Made by a program: the position numbers and the translations under genes. A stretch of DNA of 64,000 nt, taken from positions 136,028,622 to 136,092,621 of the forward strand of contig NC_085844.1 of NCBI RefSeq assembly GCF_035594765.1. The letters are read 5' to 3'. The notes below the pieces were generated by a model. That model was not told the DNA's origin. It saw only the letters and a program-made list of their open reading frames with translations, and ran no database searches. This document shows positions 46,884-61,800 of this stretch, one piece after another. The DNA comes from Anolis carolinensis (lineage: Eukaryota). How positions within the stretch are numbered: the first letter of the stretch is position 1; each line of letters begins with the position of its first letter.

Positions 46884-49800
46884 AGTATTTCTTACCCACC
46901 TCTCCTCATGGCTCGAGGTGGGTTACAGAACAATTAAAACTCATAAACACTGCAATGACACCACAAATGCACATATTGAAACGTACCTCTATAAAAGCTA
47001 AACATCAAAATGTATCTCTATAAAATACATAGACAAAACAGAAATTAAACAAAGGACATGCATTTAAAATTCATCCGGGTGAGCCCAGGCTGGTTTTGGT
47101 CTGATAAATGCACACATCCCTAGAGGTCAGTGCTCTTTGTCATGTTGGGTACATCTACACCAGGCATGGGTAAACTTTTGCCTTGGGGCTGCATTGTGGG
47201 CCCGGCAGGAAGAGCCGGGCTGGGAAAGAGAGTAGCCAGGCACACACTAGTTGGGATGAACCCGGGAGGGAGGGCCTGGGAGAGGGTGAATCCAGGAGGA
47301 GCGGGTCATTCTCAGGTTACCCTTCTGGCATAAGGTTAGGGCTGTGCACCCCATCCTGACATGTGGCAACTGCCCAGATCCTCCTCCCCAATACTCTTCC
47401 CTCTATCTTCGAGCTGTCCTCTCGTCATTATTCTGGGAGGAGGGCAAGACAGGCGATGTCCAAAAACAGTCTGGAGGGCTCTCAACTGTTGTGTGCCTTC
47501 TTCAAGCCGTCCTCCCAGCATAAGGATATGGCTGCTCACACTGTCCTTATGCCAGGAGGAGGGAAAGATACGCGGTGGCGGAGAGCACTCCAGAGAGCTT
47601 TCAGCTGCTGCACGCCTTCCTCCCCATTCTTTCTGCACAAGGATGTGGTGGGCTGCCGCAGCTTTATACCAAGAGGACAGTGAAAATGAGAAGGGCCTGA
47701 TGTAAGCACCCAGGGGGGCACATCTGCTCCCCGGACCTTAGTTTGCCCATGCCTGATCTACATTGTAAAATTGATAATACTTTAACTGCTATGGCTCAAT
47801 GCTATGGAATAATGAGAGTTGTAGTTTTACAAGTTGTTTAGCCTTCTCTGCCAAAGAATACTGGCACCTCACTCCAGGATTCCACAGCATTGATCCACGA
47901 CATTGAAATTGTTGTAAAAATGCTTTAATTCTACCCTGCATCAGTGGTAGATTAGTGATGTACCTATATGCCAGTATTTTCAAATACCAGGCTTTTCATG
48001 TGTCCTTGTATTACTGGTATTGGCAAGATACAATTCTCCAGACCTTTTTGGGGGAAGCTCCCAGCATTTCCCACTATTGTCTATGTTGGGTAGGACTGAT
48101 GGGGTTATAACTCAGTATCTGTCAGGCCACTGACTTCTTCATCTGGAAAAAACATGTTGAAAGTCATACAGGAGAAAAAACACAAAAAGGGAGACAATAG
48201 CAGTCACATTCCTACCATCTTGTATTTCAGTTAGTTTGGATGGACCTCAGTGCAGGATAAAGGCCACTTCCCATTTTTAGGTTAGATAAAAAGGATAGTA
48301 AAATTTTAACTCAATTACATTGTTCTTTGTCTCAGTCCCCACATGGCCAAGAAGGGAGTATCCTCTCTCTGTTATGTATTTTGTCTTATTTTGCTGTACT
48401 GCCAGAACAGCTACCCCTGAATTTTTTTTTCAGAAAGGGGTGGCATGGCATGTGTTGTATTGGGATACAACAAAGGTAAAGAGTCTCGGAACAGCCCATA
48501 TATACCCTGCAAACTCCTGGATAATTTTATTGGTGTCACCTACATGTGAGACATTGCATCTTTCAGTAGAAGGCTTCCTGTTGCTCCCTTGCTGTGAGGC
48601 TAAACTAGAACCCCTGCCTCCTGAAGACCACAAGGGAGCAACAGGCAACCTCCTACCCTAGGATTTTCTGAAGTCTGATATCAGCCAAACTGAATCAGTT
48701 AAGCTTTACACCAGTGTTTAGGGCTTTCTTCCCGCTCTTCCTTGTTAGCAAGTGACCCTCCAGCCAAGCTGTTGGTCTTATTTACCACTCCTTGAATCTA
48801 GATTGCAAAAAGGGACTGTTTAAGCAAAACCGAGGCCAGGTAGTTTAGGAATGCAAAACACATAATTTCCCTTTGAAAAATGTGTTGTCGACTTGTGCAC
48901 AGTGGCAGCTTCTCAAAATGGGAGCAGATGGCCGAGCGGATTGAGATATATATCTGGGGGCTACAGAATAAAACCAGAGCTCAGCTTTGGCTAAATTGAG
49001 ATGACAGCTCACTGACTGCACTGATAAATACCCAACAAGTTTGAGTTTGGGGAATAGGTTTTATTTGAAAAAATGAAAATCAGATTTTTTGTTTTGTTTT
49101 TAGGAACTCCTGCCTCCTCTGTTTTCTTTTTCTAGGATTTTTGTAACAACTTCTAGAGAAGGGGCTGTAAGTCTGTTGCAACAAGCACCAGAAACTGGAG
49201 GACCTTAAACTTTAATACTGTATTTCATTGGCTCAAAGTCATTTAAAATGATTTAAGGATGGGGAGCGCCTCAGGTTCAATGGCACCTTACATTTGCTAG
49301 TTTGGGGGATTTTTTAACCATTTCACCTATGAGAGAAGAGGAGGAAAGGTCCCTAGCCCTAGTGGCTCTGCCAGGTATTCACCATTTTGTCCTTAGCCTC
49401 AGCCAGATGCCGGTTTACGTCTGGCTGAACTTAGAGCCGCTTCCTGCTTCTGCTGCCTCCCTAACAAATAAAGATTCATACAGGCAAGATGACTTTCTGG
49501 GTATCTTCACACTCCCTCCTTATCCCACATAGAATCATAGAGTTGTAAGATACCTCATGGGCCATCCAGTCGAGCCCCCTGCCAAGAAGCAGGAAAATTG
49601 CATTCAAAGCACCCCTGACAAGTGGCCATCCAGCCCCTGTTTAAAATTAAAAGCCTCCAAAGAAGGAGCCTCCACCACACTCCAGGGCAGTGGGTTCCAC
49701 TGCTGAACAGCTCTCACAGTGAGGAAGTTCTTCCTAATGTTCAGGTGGAATCTCCTTTCCTGTAGTTTGAAGCCATTTTTCCGCGTCCTAGTCTCCAGGG

Positions 49801-52800
49801 CAGCAGAAAACAAGCTTGCTCCCTCCTCCCTATGACTTCCCCTCACATATTTATACAGGGCCCTCATCATGTCTCCTCTCAGCCTTCTGTAGGCTAAACA
49901 TGCCCAACTCTTTAAGCCGCTCCTTGTAGGGCTTGTTCTCCAGATCCTTGATCATTTTATTTGCCCTCCTCTGGACACATTCCAACTTGTTGAATCTCTC
50001 TTAAATTGCAGTGCCCAGAATTGGACACAGTATTCCAGGTGTGGCCTGACCAAGGCAGAATAGAGGGGTAGCAGGACTTCCCTGGATTTAGACACTATAT
50101 GCCTATTTATGCAGGCCAAAATCCCATTGGCTTTTTAAGCTGTCACATCACATTGTTGGCTCAAGTTTAACTTGTTGTCCACAAGATTTCACTACCAAGC
50201 CAATTTGAAGTTATTGCAAGATATTGTGCATGAAGAGGAAATTCTAAAAAGTACACTATTCTTTCCCCCCAGAAAATTGAAGCCTCAAAAATGGAGTGTG
50301 CCTTACATTTGATGGTACCTTAGTTTTGGTGAAATACAATATTAACATATTATTATGGCATAAAGTTTTTTGGATTGGTATCCTCTTTGTCAGATGATAT
50401 TGAGTTGGCAAGTATTCCACATGTGGGTCTATAAAATCTGAATGGGGAGTCAACAATCCTGCTTTCTGGAATTGGTCTAGTTAACAGGGAGCCAATCTGT
50501 ATTTTTTTTTTTTTTTTGCTGACTCCAGAAATTTAGCTTGCTGTCTGGGTATTGCCAGCATGAAGGTGAATTTTGCATAGCCTGAATGTGGTGTCCATCG
50601 ATGTCCAGCCTTTCTCCTTTTGCTAAACTCCCAAGCCAAGTCACCAAAATGGTGTGTGCATGTGTACGTGAGAGAGATGCGTAGCTGTGTGCCAGGAATT
50701 GGGTGAGTCAGAGCCTCTGCTCTGATCTCTGTGTGCCTAAGGGGGCAACTGCTGGGTTGCTGCTGGCAGCTGGTTGAGCTGCTCCTGAGGATGGCCAGGC
50801 CTGATTAAACAGAACACAGTTTGGCAGGAACAGACAGCAGGGCCTGCAGTATGTAATTGAATTGCAAGTGATGGATTATTCACCTTATGTCCCCTCCATA
50901 CTGGGGGAAATCAACAGGATCATAAAGCAGAAGGGGCACACTGACCTCTGGATATTTTTAGCTGTGTTCACTGGGGCAGATACAGTTACGGTTACAGCCC
51001 TGCTCCTGGAAGTCCTGCAGTGAAACACCAGATTGCAAATTTAGCTTTGTTTCTTACTCCTGTGCCTTCTTATCAATTTCCCAGAAATGCAGACAGCCAA
51101 GGAAAGTGGTCTCCTCTGACTAAAGATCTTCAGATACTTTCCCATACCAGTTTCCTAAATGACTCCCTCCTCTAGCCTTGTCCATCTGAGATTATGATGT
51201 TCATTATTGATGAACCCAGCTGACATTTTATTGAAAGCCAAAAGGATGTAGTGGTTTGAGTGCTGGTCTAGAATTCTGTGAGAGTAGCTATGGAAACCAT
51301 TGGGTGACCTAGGTGTCATACTCTCCCTGCCTTAGAGAAAGGCAATGACAAATCTTGCCAAGAAAACCCTAGGATAGGATCACCATAATTCAGAATTGAT
51401 GCTTCTATAACAACTTGACATTTACACAATTCATAGAATGCTGAGAGCCCCTGTGGGCTTCAAAATAAATATTTCATGGGCTACATCTATTGTATGATCC
51501 ACCCCTGACATCTCATGACCCTAATGAATGTTTTTTATAACAGATGGTAAGAAAGAAGATGGCAGCTGATCAGGTTTTGACCAATTAGCAAGTTTTGAAT
51601 TTTCTGTTTGTATTTTGTCTTTACTCTTCTGTTCTCAATAAGAAAGTATGATAATATTTAACCTATTTCATACATTTCAGTGCGAAAATTTCCAGAGTGT
51701 TTCCAAAGATAAATAATAATAATAAAATAAAGTACAATAGATTAGAAGTTGAATGTGTTATTCAATTATCTTGAAATGAATGGGCCATGGGAGACCACTT
51801 AGCCTTTCCACACTTCATCCCATGAAGGGGTGTATATGCATGAGAGCGTCACATTACCATCACATTATGTCCCATAGCGTTTGAAAACAAAGTGTATTGT
51901 TTCTCATTCCCCATCCCATATTGTTGTTTCTGGCCCTGTGTTCTGAAATTATCAATTTTCAGATTTATCACACGAGCAAGTGCAGTTCCTGCCCACTTCC
52001 TTTAAAAAAACAAAAACAAAAACGATCTTGAGAGTTCCAAAACTGGGAAAGATTGAAATTGCTCAAGTTTTCGAGTTTTGGAACTTGGAGGTGCTGAAGT
52101 AGGGATCTCCTGAAGTAGTGCAGCTGGGTTTTGGGAGACTACCAGGGCATCACTGCTTTGTACAACAACACCCATAGGAATGCCCATTTACCCATGTCAC
52201 CAAATCGATTGAATGCGGGAAAATCTGACAGATCCCATTCCATTTTTTGCTGTTTTCTCCCATTTCATAGTGATTTCTGAGCACAGGAGATGATTTCTGC
52301 TTCTCTTTCACCCCTTCCCCTTAACACTTTCAAAGCACTTCAGTAACAGACCATGATGCACGCGGTGTGCGTGTGTGTGTGTGTGTCTCCCTGTATCATG
52401 TGATGGGCTCCGATTAATTACATTATTCAGATGTTTTAGAAGTGTTAAGACACGGTGTGTGGGTGTACATGGGATAGCATCCTATAATAAAGAAGAGGAT
52501 AAGTGAGGGATGCTTGAGAGACTGGCAAGGGATGGCCAGGCCAGCAATTATAATAACAGGGGCAGATGCCTTATTCCAAGTTGAGCTCTTTGTCCATACA
52601 GGCCAGTAAAGCTTTAATAGGATTCCCTGGTAGAGAAGGTCTTATGAATTAATTTTGAAGTTTGTTGCTAAAAATATTATTTTTGACAGATATTTACACA
52701 GGTTGCTTTTGAATGTTTCAGCACATTTATCCTAAACACAAGGTGAAGTTCTACTTCCTCATTCTCAGTAGACTTGTCCTCACTTCTGTTGTTAGCATTT

Positions 52801-55800
52801 AACTTTCAGATGCTTTATCTCCAGCTGGGATCCCCAATCCCCACAATTCAACAAGATTAGATGCAGCCTACACATAGTTCCATTTTTCTCTTGTGGACAT
52901 CTATTGTTATCCATTATATCTCTTCCAATAACTGCAGGATCCAAATGTTCTTTGGACCTAGCAGGACCTGTCTGGCCACAGGATCCAGTGGGTGCTTTAT
53001 GAAAGTAGATAAAGCATTCTTTCTGGGGTTATGATGCCTCTCTAGTTAAACCATTGTGTTTTTAAAAATAAAAATACAATGATAGACTGAGCCAGAAAAT
53101 ACAAACCTAGTGCCAAAATAGCAGAGAACAGAGACACATGCTAGTAAAGAGTCATGTGCAACTGCAGTAAAAGATTATCCAATTCTGCATTTATCCTCTG
53201 AGCTGAGGTACACCTGAATGCATGATACCTAAGCAAAAAGCATGAATCACAACTGGCAGTGATTACTGGAATACACAAACATGTATATAGTTTGTGAGTC
53301 AGCCAGTATACAAGGGCAACATATATCATAAACTGAATCTGAGATGGGTTAAAACAGAAACACATTTCTTGACCTCCAGGCAACCATTCAAGGTGGTGTA
53401 GTGCGATATTCGAAACAACAGGAATATCCAAGAGCACTTGGGTTAGCTAAGTTAGAGTTTCACTAATTCTGAGTGGGGGAAAATGCCCCAAAGATGGAGG
53501 CTGTGGGTCCCATTCCACCTCCCTCCTCCTTCTAGTCATAATTTCCAAAGCTATGTTTTGGTTAGAAAAATATGGAGAGATTGTACATGCACTTTCTATG
53601 TAGCATTAAATTTGGCTCAGAGATAGTGAGACCAGATGGAGAGTAAATTTTTTTGTTATTGTTCCTGTATATTTTAATCGCAAAAGTAGTACATTCCAGA
53701 ATTCTCTTTTTGATTCAGCCAAATAAAACTACAGTATTTTTTGTCCCCATTTGTCTGAGATGTAGTGCAATGAGAACAGAAAATTTGCTGATACAAGATA
53801 ATCACTGAGGGCATTTTTAAATTATTAATTGTAGGTGAACTTAGTGCTTGCCATCTTCTATGGGGAGAAGTAGGGGAGCATAAAGATACTGATACAGCTT
53901 TTAGTTGCACCTCAGGACGTAATATTACTAGACGCTTGAGTTCAGAAGTGCCCATAAGAATTTAGTTCATGTTGTGTTTGCCAGATCCAATACTAGAACT
54001 GCAGGCTTTTCCTTTCTCTCTTAGATATGACCCTATGGGTATTGATTTCATTCTTTTACAATGCTAAGATGAAGATGGAACATTCTGTTGTGTAATATCC
54101 TTTTGCTGACTCCTTTACTTATCTAAGGCTTTAAATAGTTTTCCTCTTGGAGATAGAGAATGGAACACATTGCAACCCTATCTAAAATTTGTTTAGGGGA
54201 TACAGAGAGGTCAAGATTGATCAAGAGGCTGAAGAATATTGTCATTATGAATAGATGGAAGCTTGTAATATACACTAGTCTTATGTTTCAATCTGGATGT
54301 TGAAATGGGACATTCCATACTTTACTCACTTTTTATGGAGAATCTAACTCGATGCTATGGAATCATATAAGTTGTGGTTTTACAAGGTCTTTAGATTTCT
54401 CTGCCAAGTGGTCCCTCACTTCCATGATTCTATAGCACTGAGCCAACCATCACTTTAATGGAAAATACAGTGTATCCATCTGTTCACTACAGTATTTTCT
54501 GATTTGTCCTCATGTCTTTTTTCAGACTACCTTTTGTGGGATGTCTGTGGCACATTTTTCACATAAAATGTAATTTTACTGACAGGTGCAGCAGAGACTG
54601 GCAAAGTGCTATTGAAGCTTTCTAGATTTGTTGCTCCATAGAGCCACCAGCCTCCCTTACTTTTTTTACAACTCCCAACCTGTCCTAAGTTCTCCAAAGC
54701 CAACAAGCCTTGCGTTCATTTCTTGAAACAACAAAAAAATCACCCCTCAATATCTTAAAATGCCACCAGGATCAATGCTGTGACTTAAAATGCACTGAGG
54801 TCTTCTCCAACACATTACCTTTGTAGAAGTTAGCTAAACAAACACCAAAACAATAGAAATGGGAGCTGGAACTAACTTACACTAGCTTCTAGGTTACTTT
54901 TTCAAGCAAAAATGTGGAAGAGTGGCCCACAATAAGGTAAAAATTGTCCCTACAGCTCCACACTTGTCAACTCTGCTTTAATTAAAAGCTTCCTGTTTAG
55001 AAGGGGCATCTCATTAACATATCACACTATAATTCCCTGTATCTGGCAGGGTTCTTAATAATGATTTCTTCCCATTTTCCAGTTTCATGATAAAACGAAA
55101 AGAAAAATTGAAAAGAAACCAGGAACGGAAATATCTCAGCAGCGGCTAACCAATCAAATCATAAATACAGTATGGCACTAAATAAAAAGTAATCAAAGTC
55201 AGAAAGTGTAAGACATTTTTAATTAAAGTTGGAGGGGATATTTGCTGAATGGGAACTACTTAACATTCATCTGGCCAATGGGACAATTTGGTCCTCCTAA
55301 AGTCACATTTTGTTTACAAATCCACCTGAAGAGTTATAAACAATGTCTCCAAATTTCAGCCATGTCCATTTTTTCCTCAGTCAAATAAATAAAAAAATTA
55401 AAAAAATCTGGCACCATTTTTACTACAAATACATTGCATTTGTGTTGGATATGTTTTGAAGTTTTCAGAGCTATTCACAACAAATAGTCCACTTCATGCA
55501 AATATGTATTTTCAGGCTTTGAGTGTTTTAACATACTGTGGGATATCTTTGATTCTGCATTCACATAGCATTATGAGGACATGGAATATTTTTATGTTTG
55601 CAATGTACTGGAAAGAGGCCGCAGTCCATGCAGTCATGAGGGCCACATAACCTGGTCTATGGACAATGCCATCTCTTTGGATTAGAAATGGACATGAGCA
55701 CCAACCCCCAGAGTCGGACACGGCTAGACTTAATGTCAGGGGGAAACCTTTACCTTTTCTTTAATGTACTGGAAGTCGCATTACTGTGAGAAAATAATTC

Positions 55801-58800
55801 TCATCAAGGTATTTAATGGGAGGATTAAAAAAAAATCTGCCAGCACCACGGCCTAAATTCAGTTGTCACTCTCACCCAAAGTAGATCCCTTGGACTTGTG
55901 AGATGTTCTTGTGTGCTGTTTTTTTCATTCACAATTGATTCATTGTATTTATTCTAGCTGGAACTAGTAATTGGATAGTTTATGCCCCTAGGATATACCA
56001 TATGTACTATATACTGATACAGCAACATAGAAATGAGGGTTAGAATTAGTTTAGTTTTCTGACTGAAGCTTTTCAAACAATCTGAGCAATGAAATAAAGA
56101 TGCCTGGCAGCTCCTGTCCCTTTTAATGATTTGGTGCCACAAGAGGCTCAAGCAGATTATCCTTCTCCAGTAATCAGGAACAGAAAGATTTTCATCTTAA
56201 TGTATACAGATGATTTGTGTTCATCCCTCTTTCTCCCTTAGGTCTTAAAATCTTTTGGATGCCTTTATTAAATATGAAAATCTATCCATAAAATACTCTT
56301 AAGACCAAAACCCTGTTTTTGATAGTCTTAGGGCCCTTCCACACAGCCATATAATCCAGAATATAAAGGCAGATCATCCACAACATCTGCTTTGAACTGG
56401 ATTATCTGAGTCCACATTGCTATATAATCCAGTCCAATGTCGATTTTATACAGCTGTGTGGAAGGGGCCTTAGACACAATTGGATTTCAGATCCAAATGT
56501 CATAGAACAAACCCCTTTATTTAGATATTTGGATATTTGGTGCAGCTCGTTTCTCTCATAGAAATGGCACAGAGAAGCAGAGAAGCTGGCAAAAAGGGGG
56601 GAATTAAGAACATACTGTATATGCAGGGCTTTTTTTAAGTAGAGGACAGTGAATTGATCTCACCCATAAAACTCACTGGTTAAGTCATTGCTCAAATGCT
56701 TTGTGATGCTGAAATATGTGGGTTTGATTGGTACTACCAAAGTCTTGGAAAGTGTACAGAAAAAATTATTCTTTCCTACCTAGAAGGCCTGTGGCTTTTT
56801 TGTATACAGAATCTGGTTGGATTCAGAGAAGACATGAGTAGATTGTGCTCAGTTAAGGTATTTCAAATGAATAGTTCATCTATCAAATTAACCCTAGCAT
56901 TGCGTTGCTTGGAAATGTGCAATAATTGATATTGGAAGCCAACTTTCCCAAAGTTTCTGTGTAACAGCTGCTTCCCTGAGATGAACTCTGCCTTGAATAT
57001 GGATAAGAGAGAATTAAGGAATTGCTTATTTTGGTTTAGATTCTAGAAGAGACTTTGAAGGAATTAAGATCTCTTCATTCTTTTCTGTGAATAGTTATGC
57101 TTTTCTTTCTTCTAGATAATCTATGGAATGACCAGAATCTGGAAGCGGATCTTGACCTTCCTCCGGGATGGAGGAAAATCCATGACTCCTCAGGGACTTA
57201 CTACTGGCACGTGCCCACAGGCACCACCCAGTGGCAACACCCGTCCCGCACCTCTGACCAGGGACACAGTGAGGAGGCTGCATCGCCAGAAACGGTATTT
57301 AGACTCTAAAGCCTTGGGCTCTCCACACACTCAGTAAAATCAACATTCCAGTGTTTACTTTGTCCCTTAAATTAAGACTGATCTACGATTCTTTTTAAAA
57401 TAAAAATGCATATTATTAAACTGTAAACTCACACTTTGCTTGCAGAGCCTTGTAATTAGAGTGAACAGGGTAGCAACTGTGGACACAGCCTTACTCCCCA
57501 ACTTTTGCAGCATGAAACCTTTTGCATGCTCTTCAAGGCATTGCTGGATAAGAGAAATAATTGTTTTCCAAAGTTGACACTGGATATTCAGAACATATGA
57601 AGGAAGTGCCAACTCACTTACATGTTTGTGTAAACCATGATGAGAAGCATCAGGCCCATAGCCAGGATTTTGATTTGGGAGGGGCTGGGATTTTGGTTGG
57701 GGGGGGGGGGCTGAGTCTTGGTGAGAGAGGATCTACCCAAGCAAACCTTTGGTATTGTTATCCCAATACCCCCATGCATATGGGATATATTGGTGATCAG
57801 ATCATGATATGAATAAACATAACAGTTTAAATAATAAATGTAAGGCCTTCTTGCGGGCCACCCTGAGAATTTCGGGAGGTTGGCGGCTGAAGCCTCTCAA
57901 GCCCCCCCCCCACCCCCCACCCCCGGCTACATGCCTGAGAAGCATTATTTCTATAGTTTCTGTGGCATTTAACCTATAAACCACTGTGTCCAAAGGATAT
58001 TTATGCATGAGAACAAATATATTTCATTTGGTGGATTTCAATAGCTCCATATGTTTAGAATTATATCCATCACCAGGCACTATGGGAGCAGAGTCTATTT
58101 ACTAAGGAAGGCTGGACAATTACAACCAAAGATTCCGTGGAAGGGATGAAAAACAGCCAATCCCCACAGTTTGGTCATGGGTTGGGACCTGGCAGTGGGA
58201 AATGGAAGTCAAACTGCTATATTTTTATAGTGAGACAACTATTGCCTTAAGCCCTCTTATCATGGGAGGAACCACCTCTGCTTTGGAAACATTGCCTGAA
58301 CAGCTAAACAAAGGCCTCCTTCGCTCCCCATGACCTTGGGATGGGGGAAATGAACTATATTCCCAGCTCTCCTTATCTCTGGAATGCTCACTTATAGAAT
58401 GACCAGTTCTTCACACCAAGTGCTTTTGTTCTGACCATCCTATATGAAGTAACATAACCTTCTAAAGTGGTTCTCAACCTGTAGGTCTCCAAATATTTTG
58501 ACCTTCAACACCCAGAAATCCTAACAGCTGGTAAACTGGCTGGGATTTTTGGGAGTTGTAGGTCAAAACACCAGGAGACCCACAGGTTGAGAACCACTGT
58601 TCTAGGACTATGAGAAGTTGTCATGATGACCCTTTAACAGTTGTACACTTCTGTGTGTACTTCTACTACTAATGGTAAATCAACACTGTTGTCATTGAAA
58701 GCCCTGCTTTCTGAAAGCTCTCTCCATGATACTACCTCCACAATCTCCTGAGACTTTCCTCATCATGTTATCTTGCCCTACAGGGCTTGGATTCAGAGCT

Positions 58801-61800
58801 GAATGCCACTTCTAAATCTGTCCGCTTCATTGCTCTTTTGTTGGCAGGGATAGTGTAAAAAATGAATCCTTTTAACCTCCATGGCCTAAAACTAATTGTG
58901 TAACCTTAAACTGGGGCTAGTTTTTATGTGGACTGGGTGGAGGAGGGGGATCAGCTCCTGTGTGTGGGCCTCGGAGATCCAAGAGTTCCCTTAATTTTTC
59001 TCACATGTCATGCATGGATTCATGCTGAGTGATTTATATCCCTGCTGTATTAGTTTCCTTTTTGAAGCAACTCTGAGACACTCATTCTCTGTCCTTATTT
59101 AGGACCCGCAGACTGCAACAGTGAGACGAATGCCCAGGGAAAGACCCATTCCAAGTCCCATGGCATCGCTGCCCAGAAGGAGGTATGGTTGCCTGCTGGG
59201 GACACTGCACAAAGTCCTCTGGACATGTCTAATTTGGATAAAAGTGAATTAATGTCTGGAGGTGCTGTCATATTCTTCTTTAATGATTTCTCAAATAAGA
59301 ATGCACAAATATAGATGAAAGCACATTTGTTCCTACCCCACACATCTTTGGTTTGTTTCTTTTTAGTTGCAAATATATTTTGAGAAATATTGTCCATCTG
59401 CTCCAACCCCCCTCCTGTTCCCTGCTGTCTTCACAACAGGGACTCTGTGATAAAAGAGAAAGCATTTTGGAAACATGCAAGTTAAATCCATATTATTATT
59501 ACATAGAATATTTATACCATATATCATTTCCCATTTCAAAATAGGAAAAATACAGTTTTAGTTTAATACAAGCACAATAATATCAGATACAATATTACTT
59601 TCTTGAGGTTTGATATAGGGATAAAGAGAACCTCCACATTCCTGCTGTGTTTCTTTCTCTGTTACAGGACATCATTGATTTGGCATGGGGAAGAGCACCA
59701 TCAAGCCAGTAGAGATCCTGGGTCTAAGGTACAGTCAGGTGATGTGGGAAAAATGGAGGGCACTTAATTCAGAAACTTGGAAAAGTCTTCTTTGGGATGT
59801 AGAGGGGTGAAATGAGTTCAGCATAGGTAAGGCCATTTCAGGGAGACAACTATAGAAGATGGCTTCATGAAGATGTGCTGTGTAAATTCCAGTCTACTCT
59901 TAGGAACCTATGATTTTTTTCCTTATTTTTTATTTGTAGCAATAGGAAGAAAACATCTCATGGTATTTTTGGTAGTGCCCCCCCCCCCCCATTTGTTGCA
60001 AAGGGTTAACTTTCACATTCTGTATTTCATGTAACTCATAGCACTTATAACAATATGATGCATTGCTATTTAGAAGAAAAGCCTATAGATTCCAGTGGAA
60101 CTTACTCTTATTCAAGTGTATATAGCTTCCCTGTCTATATCCTTTTTACTAGGTTTACCTTCAGCAGCTGTTCACCTGCAAATAATAATTTTATGTGATC
60201 TTGTCTCACATACAATTAACACAAACTAGCATGTTCAATTTCCTCTTCTCAGCTGTATAAAGACTATGTGGGTATTTAAAGATTGAAAAATTCATGACTG
60301 AAGGCTGGTTAACCAATGTGGCCAGTAGAGCTATTTGGTCACCTTCTGAAAGTGCAATACAAACTACACCCAGTGAAGTGAGAGGAAGATGGAGAAGCCC
60401 TTCTCCTTCCCCTTCTTTGAAAAACATATGGGGGCTCATGTATTATGGTCATAGAATACAGATGCCTTAATGAAAAGCAAGAATAGTAAATGGATTGTTT
60501 TCGTAGTGGCAGGTACATGGTAGGATTCCAAACAGAAATATTCAGAGTGTTGGTGAAGGGTCATCTGCTCTTAGGCATAGCATGGCTGAGAATCAGATAT
60601 GGGAGGGTTGTTCCTTTTCTCTCCATATTCACTAACAGTAAGCAAATTGTGGGGCTGGGTAGCAAAATAAGAACTAAGGAAGCCTGACATATGCTTTTTA
60701 GTGACCCTGTCTGTCTCTGTTGCCAGTGCTTTGTTGTGCGTTCATTAGGCTGGGTGGAGATCCCTGAGGAAGACTTGGCTCCTGGCAAAAGCAGCATTGC
60801 AGTGAATAACTGCATCCAACAACTCTCTCAAAACAAGTGTGACAATTGGGACCCTGCTGATCGATGGGGTGAGGTGAGTATCAAAGGCATCAGGAAAGAA
60901 GATATAGGAGTTTATCACATGAGGCAGGTAGATCACAATTACAGTAGGAGAACAGCATCTTTTGCCATGGACTTATCATATGATGTCATTCCTTCCTTGC
61001 TACTGGAAAGCGTTTCTTTTTCAAACACAAACAATCTGTGAATGACATCATTTGGTAAAAGGACCACCTTCCAATTATCTCACACCATGAGAATAGCAGG
61101 AAATGAGTGAAATGAGAGACAAGTCCAAGCCAAAGGTGCTGTTATCCTTTTGTTCATTTTCTATTTATGGCATGTCGAAAACAAGCTAACTTTGTATTCA
61201 TTTAAATATAGCATCCAGTGAAGGTTTGCTCTATGTTTTGGAAAGCATCTCATTTTGTATAATATCAAAAATATGTAACCAGTTCATGTTTGATGAACAA
61301 AGATGTGTACTCTGTTGATGCATTGTTAAGCTATGCACTTTTTCAGTGTAGAAAAAAGATACATTTGGCGTTATTAATGATCAAGGAAGCATGACTGATC
61401 CACTTTTCCTGTCCAAAGTAAATGCTTGTAGATTTTGAATGTATCCTGTCATTGTGATGTAATTATAAATTTCAGATGTATATTGAGCAATGACTTTAGC
61501 ACAGAATGCGGGAAAAACAGGACAGTACCGAATCAGCTGTGGTAGCCTTTGATATCACTGTGTCATTTCAGTACTTCCCCATTATACTTTAGTCCTTGTT
61601 GGAGGAGACATTTTTTCATTCGTAAACTGAGGCTCAGTCACCGACGTTGAGTCTCTCCTTACAGGGCCAAAACATGGTCATGATCCTGAAGAAAGACACA
61701 ATGAGCTTGGTGGACCCTTTAGACCACAGCCTCATCCACTGTCAGCCCATCATCAACATCCGTGTCTGGGGTGTGGGCTGCAACAATGGCAGGTGAGTAG

